A stretch of DNA of 64,000 bases from a virus. Taxonomy: Duplodnaviria > Heunggongvirae > Uroviricota > Caudoviricetes. This document shows, in pieces, positions 9,509-18,792 of the stretch. The notes under the pieces were generated by a model, which worked only from the letters and a program-made list of their open reading frames with translations, was not told the DNA's origin and searched no databases. Numbering within the stretch: the first letter of the stretch is position 1; every line of letters starts with the position of its first letter. The translations under genes were made by a program, and so were the position numbers. The DNA lies in the IMG/VR virus record IMGVR_UViG_3300037424_000495, positions 64,001-128,000 of that record, one strand, 5' to 3'.

Positions 9509-9763
9509 ATGAAGATCGTTATACAACGCCTGTTCACCTATATTACTGGGGCACTTGCCCTCGCCATTGTAGCAGCATCCGCTGTCTCTGCTTTAATGTA
9601 TGCAGTTTTACACCACTCGGAGACGCTACGAAATCTTGCTTCATCGACGCTTTCGGGCATCGGTATGGCGGTTGGCGGTTGTCTCGGGAGTGCATTGATC
9701 CTCCGCTTCAAAGCAGCCCGCAAATTCCTCAAAAACATTTTAAACGAAATCAATACAAAATAA
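9509..9763 (+). CDS. Two-TM membrane protein
   Basis: GAGGAG RBS; two hydrophobic segments. Confidence 0.6.
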   Translation: MKIVIQRLFTYITGALALAIVAASAVSALMYAVLHHSETLRNLASSTLSGIGMAVGGCLGSALILRFKAARKFLKNILNEINTK

Positions 9764-9782
9764 ATGCTTTAGAGACTCAATT

Positions 9783-10115
9783 ATGCAAATCGGCAACACC
9801 AACGAACTTGTACGTAGCGAATGTCTGCAATTTCGTCTAAAAATAGACGCCAATCAAGCCCAAAAACATGCCAATGATATACACACTGTCACCAATTTTG
9901 CAGCCCCATTGCCTCTTGAAGGTGACACCCTTAGCCTAACTTACACGGTTTCACTCGACTATTTCGGCGACGTAACAAACCGGCTCGCAGCCCTTAGCCG
10001 CTTAATGAACGATCCTGACTTGCTGCGGCAAGTAAATGTGGATGAATTAAACCACGGGCACTCCTTATTTGTACACATCCTACAACAAATTGAAGAAATC
10101 CAGCGTAAAATTTAA
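9783..10115 (+). CDS. Hypothetical protein
   Basis: In operon chain. Confidence 0.55.
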   Translation: MQIGNTNELVRSECLQFRLKIDANQAQKHANDIHTVTNFAAPLPLEGDTLSLTYTVSLDYFGDVTNRLAALSRLMNDPDLLRQVNVDELNHGHSLFVHILQQIEEIQRKI

Positions 10116-10118
10116 CCT

Positions 10119-10619
10119 ATGTGTAACACCGGCCCTCAAGCAATCCAAGTTGTCCACCAAATAACACAGCAAGCCGCCGCCTTGCTTCGCACTGCTCAAG
10201 CCGTTTGCAAAGAACACAATATCGACCGCTACTTGTTGCTATACGAATACACCCAATACGCTTTATCTGTACTGAAAAAACATTTGGATCAAGATGTCCG
10301 ATTTATTGAACCGCCAATTCGTTTTGTGACCCCTGACGACATTGACACGTCACTCCGCGATTTTATATCCCAGCAGTATTCAAAACGCTACTGTATTGAA
10401 CCTAAGGATAAAAATTGTCCCGCACATGACATTCAAGACGGCCAATGCTTTCGGAAAGTCAATGGAACAACTATTTACCGACGCATCTCAAAGAGTTCAG
10501 TGAAATTTCACGGTCTGAATAATGATTTGGTCTACGGTATAGGCCGCAACGGGAATACAACAACCGTGCGACCGGGCACACTTGTAGTGAGAGTCAATGA
10601 ATCTAACTTGGACACCTGA
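10119..10619 (+). CDS. Hypothetical protein
   Basis: In operon chain. Confidence 0.55.
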   Translation: MCNTGPQAIQVVHQITQQAAALLRTAQAVCKEHNIDRYLLLYEYTQYALSVLKKHLDQDVRFIEPPIRFVTPDDIDTSLRDFISQQYSKRYCIEPKDKNCPAHDIQDGQCFRKVNGTTIYRRISKSSVKFHGLNNDLVYGIGRNGNTTTVRPGTLVVRVNESNLDT

Positions 10620-10968
10620 ATTCGAGGCCATGTGGCGTGCCCGAATAGAGGCATTACAAGGATCAAGTAGCTTTAGGTCATTCATCCAGAAGCTAACTGA
10701 TCTTGAAATCCAAGACGCTTTTCTACTTGCGCTTAATGAAATCAAAAGACTTAGAGACATGGCCCGATCTCACTACATATACCTTATTCGAGCTAAAGAT
10801 TCTAACACACTGTTAGGTGGCTTTACTGTAAAACATGAAGCGCACACCTGGGCCGACCGCGAATCCAAACAACCACGCAGTAATCTACAACTCTATCGAA
10901 TGCAAGACGGCCTAAATAAGACTAAGACTGAAGAAGCAACCCCCTGGGACACCACTGATGAAAATTAA
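10597..10968 (+). CDS. Hypothetical protein
   Basis: In operon chain. Confidence 0.55.
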   Translation: MNLTWTPEFEAMWRARIEALQGSSSFRSFIQKLTDLEIQDAFLLALNEIKRLRDMARSHYIYLIRAKDSNTLLGGFTVKHEAHTWADRESKQPRSNLQLYRMQDGLNKTKTEEATPWDTTDEN

Positions 10969-11143
10969 AGTATTCTTCGCGTGGTATGACCTGTGGATTG
11001 GTGCATACTGGGACCGGAAAGAACGTGTCCTCTACGTATGCCCGTTACCCACAATCGCCATTGCTGTAAAATTTACTGAAAAACGACAGCAACCAACACC
11101 AACGCACACTTCTGGCTTTTGGTATCCACATAACCAAGATTAA
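10958..11143 (+). CDS. Small hypothetical protein
   Basis: FFAWYDLWIGAYWD aromatic motif; overlap with previous stop. Confidence 0.6.
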   Translation: MKIKVFFAWYDLWIGAYWDRKERVLYVCPLPTIAIAVKFTEKRQQPTPTHTSGFWYPHNQD

Positions 11144-11168
11144 GAACCAAGATTAGTTCGGAGAAATA

Positions 11169-11420
11169 ATGCAAGAGCTAGTAACTATCGCCATTTGCGC
11201 CTTTGTGTTAGCGTTCTGTTATTACATGCTGGATAAAGACGACCGTGAAGGCGTCCGTTTAATCGGTAGCGTTGTACTTATGGTCATAGCCTTCGCCATG
11301 TTATGCTATTCCGTCGAACGTCTACTATCCCCACAAGAACCAACACTCGCACCGCCAAAAGCTACTGTAACTAATCCGAACGTCATTGAAGTCCCATTCG
11401 AGTACGAGATTAAACAATGA
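11169..11420 (+). CDS. Two-TM membrane protein
   Basis: GGAG RBS; two hydrophobic segments. Confidence 0.6.
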   Translation: MQELVTIAICAFVLAFCYYMLDKDDREGVRLIGSVVLMVIAFAMLCYSVERLLSPQEPTLAPPKATVTNPNVIEVPFEYEIKQ

Positions 11421-11473
11421 TAGACAGCCTCGGCGACAGAATGAAAAGCACGTTACGCGGAGATCACTAAACT

Positions 11474-11746
11474 ATGGGAAAGCGTAAGCCCGAAAGATAC
11501 AGTGACCGCTGTTTAGACGACACTCCCCGCCATCTTAAGCGTGGCAAGCAAGCTAAAAGATTCGGCTTTCAAGAATGGTCACATTTCTATCAAATATGGT
11601 TACCGCCACGTTGGTTTGCAACAGAAAAAGGACGCAACCAAGCTCTGGAAGATTGTAAAAGAAAGGAAATTACACGCAGACGATCCCACACGCTATCCCT
11701 CATACCACGTTACCGATTACGAACAAAAGCATCCGATCAGACCTAA
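11474..11746 (+). CDS. Small basic hypothetical protein
   Basis: GGAG RBS; K/R-rich. Confidence 0.5.
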   Translation: MGKRKPERYSDRCLDDTPRHLKRGKQAKRFGFQEWSHFYQIWLPPRWFATEKGRNQALEDCKRKEITRRRSHTLSLIPRYRLRTKASDQT

Positions 11747-11816
11747 GTTCAAAGGACAGACTCAAGCGCGCCTTTACACAAAACTTAGAAACCAATACAA
11801 AACCCAAAGAAGCAAT

Positions 11817-12149
11817 ATGACAACCGCCTCCCTCACACACGGGCCAATTGGCACCTACGGTCCAAACGACAGCGCCTATATCAACAAACTAATTCGCGAA
11901 GCGGCTCAATTGCTCGTCAATGCGACCTATATATTCTGTGAAGGCCATTACCCGCACTCGAACGCCCGCGATATACCGGCCAATCACCCTCTCTGCCTGG
12001 CGTTGGCTGCTTTAGCGGAAGTTGATCAAGAGACAGCACGCTTTGCCAATGAACTTCCTTGGTCACCGTTATTCGCGCCTCACCGACCAACCGACGACGC
12101 TAAGAATCGATGGAATAAACCAGCACCTTTTCCCAGAGTACGACAATGA
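11817..12149 (+). CDS. Hypothetical protein
   Basis: Likely start ATG 11817 inside the longer track ORF. Confidence 0.45.
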   Translation: MTTASLTHGPIGTYGPNDSAYINKLIREAAQLLVNATYIFCEGHYPHSNARDIPANHPLCLALAALAEVDQETARFANELPWSPLFAPHRPTDDAKNRWNKPAPFPRVRQ

Positions 12150-12425
12150 CACGCACGCACCTTTTTAACCGCATCATTACCGCCATTGCTTTGATTCTTT
12201 TAGCTGTGATCATAGGCAACTGGCTTTCCAAACCGCCAGTGACGGCTGCACCAACTCAAGTGCAAACAAATAGACGCTAAATCAAATGAAATGAAACAAC
12301 AAGAAGAATCCCATAATCTATTAGCTGGTGCGCCCGTAACCGCTTATTTCCACCCACGAAATACAACAATGGCCTGCGGAAGGATTAGATTAAATGCGAG
12401 CACTAAATCTTCAAGGAGAAACAAT

Positions 12426-12656
12426 ATGAACTCTTGGTGGTTAGATACTTGTCTTATCGGCTCTTGTGGTTTGACAATACTTGTCTTTGTAGGCATCCCG
12501 ATCTACGAACATCCAAAGCTAGCGGCTGTCATTGCTGCGGCTATCGGCAGTTGCATCATTGCATCCTTGTTAATTGGGCTACTGTGGCGAGGCGTCCCTA
12601 AACTGTGGTCAACAGTTAAACAATTGTTTCAAATTCAGTCAAAACATGACTTTTAA
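12426..12656 (+). CDS. Two-TM membrane protein
   Basis: AAGGAG RBS before ATG 12426. Confidence 0.6.
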   Translation: MNSWWLDTCLIGSCGLTILVFVGIPIYEHPKLAAVIAAAIGSCIIASLLIGLLWRGVPKLWSTVKQLFQIQSKHDF

Positions 12657-12817
12657 CGCCAACGGTGCCGAATGAGCGGGATGAGACAATTCATTTATAT
12701 CAACAAACGATCTAAACCGCTTGAAAAGTGGAAAGATATTTCCTGTAAGACACTTAATTTTACTGTGACGATAATTAGTGTTGCAATTCTCATCTTTTTA
12801 GTCAGCTTGATTTTAAA

Positions 12818-13135
12818 ATGTCTCGTATAAACATGAATAGTCCGCCCGAAGAATCATTCCGTAAGTACATAAATATCACAACTAATCCAGTAGCCGCTGC
12901 TATATTGGTACTCGCTGAAACTCTAAATAAACCCGAGACAATCCAACCAATTGTTCCATCTGTTCCATCTGATCCCGATTCACTTTCAGTCCGGGAAGCC
13001 GCGATCCGCCTGCATCTAACCAGCCGTCAAATCTATCAATTAGTCCTATCAGGACGAATGAAATGTTTTCGCGATCCCAGCATCCGTATACCGAGAGACG
13101 AAATCAATCGTTATGAACGCGATAGTGTTATCTGA
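12818..13135 (+). CDS. HTH_17/excisionase-like DNA-binding protein
   Basis: LSVREAAIRLHLTSRQIYQLVLSGRMK...IRIP. Confidence 0.75.
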   Translation: MSRINMNSPPEESFRKYINITTNPVAAAILVLAETLNKPETIQPIVPSVPSDPDSLSVREAAIRLHLTSRQIYQLVLSGRMKCFRDPSIRIPRDEINRYERDSVI

Positions 13136-13439
13136 CTTCAATGAAGCTTTGCGGTTAGTTGACGGGGACAAAGCTGCGGCCACCATGCTTGTCCTCGCTG
13201 CAGCTTTGCGTGAATCGCAGCCGGTAACTGACACGGCTTTAACTGTACACCAAGCCGCTCGGCGACTTAAAGTAGCCCCAAATACAGTCTATGGATTAGT
13301 TGAAACAGGCAAGCTAAAACATCATCGAATCGGCCGCACCATCCGTATCTTACCTGCCGATATTGACAGCTATCAACGGCAAGAGACCGACGCCACACGC
13401 CCTCAATCTCGGCCGGGAAAATACCACTTTGATCTCTAA
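13113..13439 (+). CDS. Excisionase-like (HTH_17) protein
   Basis: LTVHQAARRLKVAPNTVYGLVETGKL...RIGRTIRI; converges on integrase. Confidence 0.8.
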   Translation: MNAIVLSDFNEALRLVDGDKAAATMLVLAAALRESQPVTDTALTVHQAARRLKVAPNTVYGLVETGKLKHHRIGRTIRILPADIDSYQRQETDATRPQSRPGKYHFDL

Positions 13440-14470
13440 GAAACCACTGCGGCACGTTGATTCACTTTTTCTACAGCCGCCCGCAAAACAGAATTGTCGA
13501 GCCGCGCGTGTCCATAGCATTTAGTTATCATTGACGTGTCCTCGTGACCGCAAATTTCCGCCAAGACCGAATCTGGAATATTATTCTTCTGCCCCTCAGT
13601 AATAAAAGTATGTCGCATCGAGTATGCCGACACTTCATACGGTGTCTTCAAGTGTTGAAATCGGCAATTCAAAGCATTCTTTGTCCACGGCCGTCCGCGC
13701 GTGTTTCGGAAAAGAGGCCCCTCTGGATACTTCAATACTAGCGGTCTAATAATTAAAAGAACCACGTCGTCTAACGGCAAGAGCCGTTCTTTACGCTTTC
13801 CCTTCGCCAAATTCTTCGGTATACGAGCCACGCCCTCTTTCAAAAGAACGTGCTTCGCTTCCAAGAGTCTAATCTCCTTGGGCCGGCAGCCAGTGCGAAG
13901 CACCGTAACTAAAAAGTCGCGGAATTCACGATCCTTGATTCGTGATAGTAAATCCTCCATTTGTTCCGGGGCTAGATACGTAATCCGTCCTGTCTTAGGT
14001 GCTTTTCTAAACCCGTGCAGAGGCGAGTTAGCAATGAGCCGTTGATTCACTGCCCAATTAAAAGCGCCGAGTACGTCACTGGCGTAATCATGCCGAGTAT
14101 TATCGCTGGCGGGTTTACTCCCATCCTTCGGTTTCTTTGGACATCGCTTATCCAACCATTCAGTCAAATGCAACGGCAATAATCGACGAAGTCGCATCCT
14201 TGGCGGCAATGATTTACTGAAACTCTCCACATTCAACTTTATTCGATAATGTGTTGAGTCGGCGTGATTAGCAACACTCCAAATCAAATAACGATCCAAT
14301 ACATCAGCAACAAACAAATCGTGGCCGGGTGCCTCATCACTTCCGTGTACACGCATGAACTCGCGACGTGCGTCACTGTCCTTGTCACCTAAGAAATGCC
14401 AGACGCCTTTCTTTCTCGTCCACCAACCGCCTCGATCCGGTCGTTTACACATCTTTGGAGGGCGTGCCAT
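13436..14470 (-). CDS. int: Tyrosine recombinase/integrase
   Basis: TGCRPKEI, K (KGKRK), YSMRHTFIT, GHEDTSMITKCY catalytic set. Confidence 0.93.
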   Translation of the reverse strand: MARPPKMCKRPDRGGWWTRKKGVWHFLGDKDSDARREFMRVHGSDEAPGHDLFVADVLDRYLIWSVANHADSTHYRIKLNVESFSKSLPPRMRLRRLLPLHLTEWLDKRCPKKPKDGSKPASDNTRHDYASDVLGAFNWAVNQRLIANSPLHGFRKAPKTGRITYLAPEQMEDLLSRIKDREFRDFLVTVLRTGCRPKEIRLLEAKHVLLKEGVARIPKNLAKGKRKERLLPLDDVVLLIIRPLVLKYPEGPLFRNTRGRPWTKNALNCRFQHLKTPYEVSAYSMRHTFITEGQKNNIPDSVLAEICGHEDTSMITKCYGHARLDNSVLRAAVEKVNQRAAVVS

Positions 14471-14538
14471 AATCGTAATCTCCTTTATTTAAAAAGTAGT
14501 TTACGACGTGGAACCAAGCTAGAATTTGATACTAATTT

Positions 14539-14807
14539 TGTACCAATAATGTACCAATTGGTACGAAACGATGAGACAGATGTGCGGAAAGACGGGATTT
14601 TGCGGGCTTTTCAACTGTACTTTCGTAAACCTAAACTGCTCCCGAACCAAGCGCTCTAGCCAGGCTGAGCTACGCCCCGGGGTGTTCTAAGTTCTTATTC
14701 TGTAACGATTTACAGTTTTACGTCCTTCGTGCCCACACGTCTCATTATTCATTCTAAACCACCTGATTTCACGTCGTTTGAACTCAGTTCTGTACCATTG
14801 TGTACCA
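14539..14807. other. attP-like region with TGTACCA arm-type repeats flanking a tRNA-derived core
   Basis: TGTACCAA at 14539 and 14550, inverted TTGGTAC at 14558, TGTACCA at 14791 and 14801. Confidence 0.7.
14640..14679 (-). tRNA. 5' half of tRNA-Pro(CGG), ending at the anticodon loop (att core)
   Basis: CGGGGCG-TA-GCTC-AGCCTGGCTA-GAGC-G-CTTGG-TTCGGGA, then non-tRNA sequence. Confidence 0.85.
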
Positions 14808-15151
14808 GAACCAACAAAGAACCAATCATCACTGTCTCAAGAATACCTAACAGGTCGTAAGCCGTCAACCACAGGCATTCCAACCATCTCTTAAAATTTT
14901 ACTCCAAAAAATTGTACCGTCAGTGATTTAACCATAGAAACCAAACAGGATTTATATGCTATTAAACCACTGAGAATTCTACGGACCCCTCAGTATAAGT
15001 GAGCTAAAAGCAACGACTGTCATAGACATTTGATTACACGAATTTTGAAGGTTGCGCATAGGAGATTTCCCGACCCCAACCATCATTTGTAGGGTAGAGT
15101 TTTATTATAGGCAAATACAATCCATTCAACTGGGACATCCTCGTCCCCCAG

Positions 15152-15760
15152 ATGAATAAATGTGGAGCACCTATGAGAGGCACAACAATAAACACACACC
15201 TTGAAGAACTGTCCGACGAGCAGTTAATGGATGTACTGCAAAATGGTAATCAGGATGCCTTCACCATCCTTTATAGGAGGTATTACCCCAAAGTAAAGGG
15301 GAATGTCTGCAATCGACTTCGTGGTGAGTTAGCCGCCGACGCTGACGACATTGTTCAATCCGTTTTTCTTACTCTACATCGCTGTACCGAACGCTTTATT
15401 CGCAACAGTTTTGTATCCAGTTTTCTTTTGGCGACCACACACCGTCTCATTGTAAATCACTTGGAGCACGCACACAGGCAGAAACGGGATGTACGACGCC
15501 AAGGTTACGTCATCCATGAGAAATTGGCTGACAATCGTGCCTCGGAAAAGGCCGAAGCCGCCGAAGCCGCCGCCCATTTCCTTGAACGACTCACGCCGGC
15601 AGAGGCCGAAATCGTGCGTCTAATCGACATTGAAAGCAATACAGCCAAGGAAGCAGCCGTAATTATTAACGCCCCCATGACCACGGCTCAATGGCGATAC
15701 CGAAAAGCCTGGGAACATATCCGAGCACTCGCCGCACAGGAAGCCGTCGTCCCTGCATGA
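15152..15760 (+). CDS. ECF-type (sigma-70 group 4) RNA polymerase sigma factor
   Basis: LSDEQLM...GNQDAFTILYRRY, ADDIVQSVFL (region 2), EAAVIINAPMTTAQWRY (region 4). Confidence 0.85.
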   Translation: MNKCGAPMRGTTINTHLEELSDEQLMDVLQNGNQDAFTILYRRYYPKVKGNVCNRLRGELAADADDIVQSVFLTLHRCTERFIRNSFVSSFLLATTHRLIVNHLEHAHRQKRDVRRQGYVIHEKLADNRASEKAEAAEAAAHFLERLTPAEAEIVRLIDIESNTAKEAAVIINAPMTTAQWRYRKAWEHIRALAAQEAVVPA

Positions 15761-16032
15761 GTATCACGCTATTACATTGGCAACAATTGAAACTTGAAGG
15801 TTGTCCGCAGTGTGGATTACCTATAGATGATCTACAACATCAAAACCACTTTGTTAGCTGCCCATTATGTGCGTGGAAAATTAACGACGACCAACTACTT
15901 GGATGGATCGCCGGCGTCGCAGAATGTCGGATTTGTAGTAACAAGCAGACTTTTATTGCACCTTGTATTTGTGACCTAGATAATTTGGAATGTGATAACT
16001 GTGGAAACATGTCGGCCGAAATCATTAGCTAA
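15757..16032 (+). CDS. Multi-CxxC zinc-binding protein
   Basis: CPQC, CPLC, CRIC, CDNC; ATGA overlap with sigma gene. Confidence 0.6.
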   Translation: MSITLLHWQQLKLEGCPQCGLPIDDLQHQNHFVSCPLCAWKINDDQLLGWIAGVAECRICSNKQTFIAPCICDLDNLECDNCGNMSAEIIS

Positions 16033-16297
16033 CACTGTTGTTGTCAACATCCGAGAAAATGACTACGACATCCTTATCTGCCGCCCGTCGAAATGGGGTA
16101 ATCCATTTCCAATTGAGGGTAAGATAACACGCGAGAAAGCCTTACAAATGTACGAGATACACTTACGTCGAAGTCCGAAGCTCATTGCCGCGCTCCCAGA
16201 GTTAGCTGGTAAAAGATTAGGTTGTGTATGCAAGCCGCTTCCATGCCACGGAGACACACTAATTCGCTTACTCCACGAATTTTTTCCTGGCCTTTAA
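15992..16297 (+). CDS. DUF4326-family protein
   Basis: ICRPSKWGNPF...LAGKRLGCVCKPLPCHGD. Confidence 0.8.
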   Translation: MITVETCRPKSLANTVVVNIRENDYDILICRPSKWGNPFPIEGKITREKALQMYEIHLRRSPKLIAALPELAGKRLGCVCKPLPCHGDTLIRLLHEFFPGL

Positions 16298-16322
16298 CTT
16301 ACGTCAATACTGAAGTATAGTT

Positions 16323-16700
16323 ATGCAATTAGTTAAACCTGACGATCCGATCTTGCACTTTCCTTGCCGGGCTGATTTCACCGTCAAGATGCAAGACATC
16401 ATGAAGATGTTTGAAATTCTTCAACTCATGAAGGGATTGGGTCTAGCCGCTCCGCAGGTCGGTATCGACGCTCGTTTATTCATTACATATTGGGGCGAGG
16501 TATTCGTGAATCCCACCGTTGTAGGCATCAGTTATTCAATCAAGTCCAGTGAAAGTTGCTTGAGCCTACCTGGTGTATTCAAAGACAAACAACGATCATA
16601 CCGGATTCAATTGGCAGACGGCCGTATCTACACCAATGAAAAGGCTATCGTCATTCAACATGAAATGGACCACCTTAACGGCATTCTTATAACTGACTGA
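16323..16700 (+). CDS. def: Peptide deformylase (short form)
   Basis: GLGLAAPQVG, ESCLSLP, QHEMDHLNG. Confidence 0.9.
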   Translation: MQLVKPDDPILHFPCRADFTVKMQDIMKMFEILQLMKGLGLAAPQVGIDARLFITYWGEVFVNPTVVGISYSIKSSESCLSLPGVFKDKQRSYRIQLADGRIYTNEKAIVIQHEMDHLNGILITD

Positions 16701-16707
16701 GATCACT

Positions 16708-18006
16708 ATGACAGACATTGGTTGGCTTATCGCAGGCGGTGCGGCAATCTCCGGGACTATTGGTATGTTCTGGAACTATATTAAAAGTCTCTGGGCACAG
16801 CTTTCCAGCCGAGTGGTCGTTACCACAAAAATTGATGGTCAACTAAATTCAGCCGTGAATATGTATGTTTGGCAACATTTTAAACCAACAAAATTTGGCC
16901 AGAATTCTTATACCGGGTGGTCAACATTTGTTCGGCCAGTCAAACGAGTGCAACTTATTGCAATGGAGTCGTTCGGAGAGTTTGGCAAACTATTTTGGCA
17001 CGGTTGGCGGCCGCTCTGGCTCTCCCAAATACCAAAAGATAAGAACCAACACGGTAGCAACCCATCTGACGGGATGAAACTCACTTTTCTTCGGGGCACA
17101 TTCAATCTTGAAAAATTGATATTAGCTGCTGTCAGTGACTATAACCATATTCGCGCTGCCACGGATTCTAACACATCAAGCCGTTATCGAGTCATTCACG
17201 TCTTTGGCACAGCTAACAAAGTCGCCCAATCTAATAACGGCTGTAAAACCTTAGCTTCCGCCTCAGTCGGCACATACGATGCAATAAGTATGCTTGAAAA
17301 TCGTATTCTTGAATGGAACTACAATGACCTAGGAAATTGTCGGATGAACCACGGCAACGCACTCGGCCAACAAGCATTGTCCCCTGAAGCCGCCGACATG
17401 GTGGCTGAAATCAAACGCTGGAAAACAAGCGAAGATTGGTATAAAACCCGTGGAATTCCGTGGCGACGTGGTTGGCGTCTTGAAGGCCCGCCCGGCACCG
17501 GCAAAACTTCCCTTATCCGCGCGATCGCTGAAGATCTGGATTTACCAATTTTCGTCTTTGATCTTGCCACACTTTATAATGACGAATTACAAGAAGCATG
17601 GCAAAAAATGCTTGAAAATGTTCCTTGTATCGCACTTATTGAAGACATAGACGCCGTCTTTGACGGTCGCGAAAACAAAGTCGGCGGACATTTAACCTTT
17701 GACAGTTTGCTAAATTGCCTAGACGGTGTTGAACGGGCCGACGGCATCTTATTGGTAATCACCACGAACTATCCAGATAAATTGGATAATGCTTTAAGTG
17801 ATACTCGGCCAGGGCGAATTGATCGGGTACTAAAACTCCATGATTTGAATCGTGACGGTCGATATTTACTCTGTTCACGTATCCTTAAAGAATGGCCAGA
17901 ACTTTGGAATCAAGCCATTGAAGACGGAGCCGGCGAAACAGGTGCTCAGTTTCAAGAACGATTGACTCAAATCGCGCTGCACAGATATTGGAGAGATTCA
18001 GCATGA
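16708..18006 (+). CDS. BCS1-like AAA+ ATPase
   Basis: N-terminal TM; GIPWRRGWRLEGPPGTGKTS, LIEDID, LLNCLDG, TTNYPDKLD..L...RPGRID. Confidence 0.85.
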   Translation: MTDIGWLIAGGAAISGTIGMFWNYIKSLWAQLSSRVVVTTKIDGQLNSAVNMYVWQHFKPTKFGQNSYTGWSTFVRPVKRVQLIAMESFGEFGKLFWHGWRPLWLSQIPKDKNQHGSNPSDGMKLTFLRGTFNLEKLILAAVSDYNHIRAATDSNTSSRYRVIHVFGTANKVAQSNNGCKTLASASVGTYDAISMLENRILEWNYNDLGNCRMNHGNALGQQALSPEAADMVAEIKRWKTSEDWYKTRGIPWRRGWRLEGPPGTGKTSLIRAIAEDLDLPIFVFDLATLYNDELQEAWQKMLENVPCIALIEDIDAVFDGRENKVGGHLTFDSLLNCLDGVERADGILLVITTNYPDKLDNALSDTRPGRIDRVLKLHDLNRDGRYLLCSRILKEWPELWNQAIEDGAGETGAQFQERLTQIALHRYWRDSA

Positions 18007-18046
18007 ATTGTTTCAAGAACATCGAAGTCGTATAGTTGGAGGCACC

Positions 18047-18520
18047 ATGCCAAGCGTCTTAAAACCGTGGGTCGAACAATTGGGTCTACGCCATCAAGGC
18101 GTACTTATGGCCTGTGTACGTGGCTGTGATAGTGTACCCAAAGAAGACCCGACGAAAGCCCTAGCCCGTTGCTTTCGTGCAACAATTCTTCAATCATTCG
18201 ATCCAAACCCCACAAGCTTCATCGAAAACGTAGACGATACTGTTCTACGTGAGCGGATGGTCGCCGTCTTAAAGAATCACGATCATTACCCAATCCACTA
18301 TCTTTTGCACCTTATGCACGGGGCCGAAATCATTGGCTATAAATGGCCTGGTTCGGCTGCTATCTGCTGGCAATGGTTCTATGAAAAATTAGCAGCCTGT
18401 TTCCATTTACACCCGGAAACAGAAGAAGAATTAGATACTCGATTAGGAGCGTGTGAAGCAAAATTTGCTCAACAAGCCGCTTCTGCTTATGATCTACTAC
18501 ACCAGCAACTACACCAATGA
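18047..18520 (+). CDS. Hypothetical protein
   Basis: GGAGG RBS before ATG 18047. Confidence 0.65.
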   Translation: MPSVLKPWVEQLGLRHQGVLMACVRGCDSVPKEDPTKALARCFRATILQSFDPNPTSFIENVDDTVLRERMVAVLKNHDHYPIHYLLHLMHGAEIIGYKWPGSAAICWQWFYEKLAACFHLHPETEEELDTRLGACEAKFAQQAASAYDLLHQQLHQ

Positions 18521-18625
18521 AACAATAAGAATGAAACAACAAGAAAGTTGCAAAGACGCATCGCCCACATTGAAGCACAACTATTTGAATTGTACCGTGC
18601 AGCCTCAATTTTACACAAATATAAT

Positions 18626-18653
18626 TTGACTTTCACCAATTTTGATGTATAGT
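18626..18653 (+). promoter_or_regulatory. Sigma70-like promoter with internal palindrome, driving tracrRNA/cas
   Basis: TTGACT-N16-TATAGT containing CACCAATTTTGATG. Confidence 0.7.
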
Positions 18654-18660
18654 TTAATTA

Positions 18661-18780
18661 GTGAAGGTGACTTGTCACCTTGAAGGTGAGAACAGCTAAG
18701 AACTTCGAGAGTCTTGCAGCACTCACCAAAGTTTCATTTCAACTCGCCTCCCTGGCTTCCGAGCCGGGGAGGCATATTTT
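18661..18780 (+). ncRNA. Putative tracrRNA
   Basis: GTTTCATTTCAA (18731-18742) is the perfect complement of repeat nt 19-30; hairpins at 18664-18681 and 18686-18727; bounded by promoter and terminator-like hairpin. Confidence 0.75.
18746..18780 (+). terminator. Intrinsic terminator-like hairpin
   Basis: 12-bp stem GCCTCCCTGGCT/AGCCGGGGAGGC, TCCG loop, then ATATTTT. Confidence 0.6.
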
Positions 18781-18792
18781 GAAAGGTGTTGT

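Noticed and set aside
14537-14547. 11-nt match between the reverse complement of spacer 15 and the att arm repeats
   Set aside because: Too short; several such hits are expected by chance.
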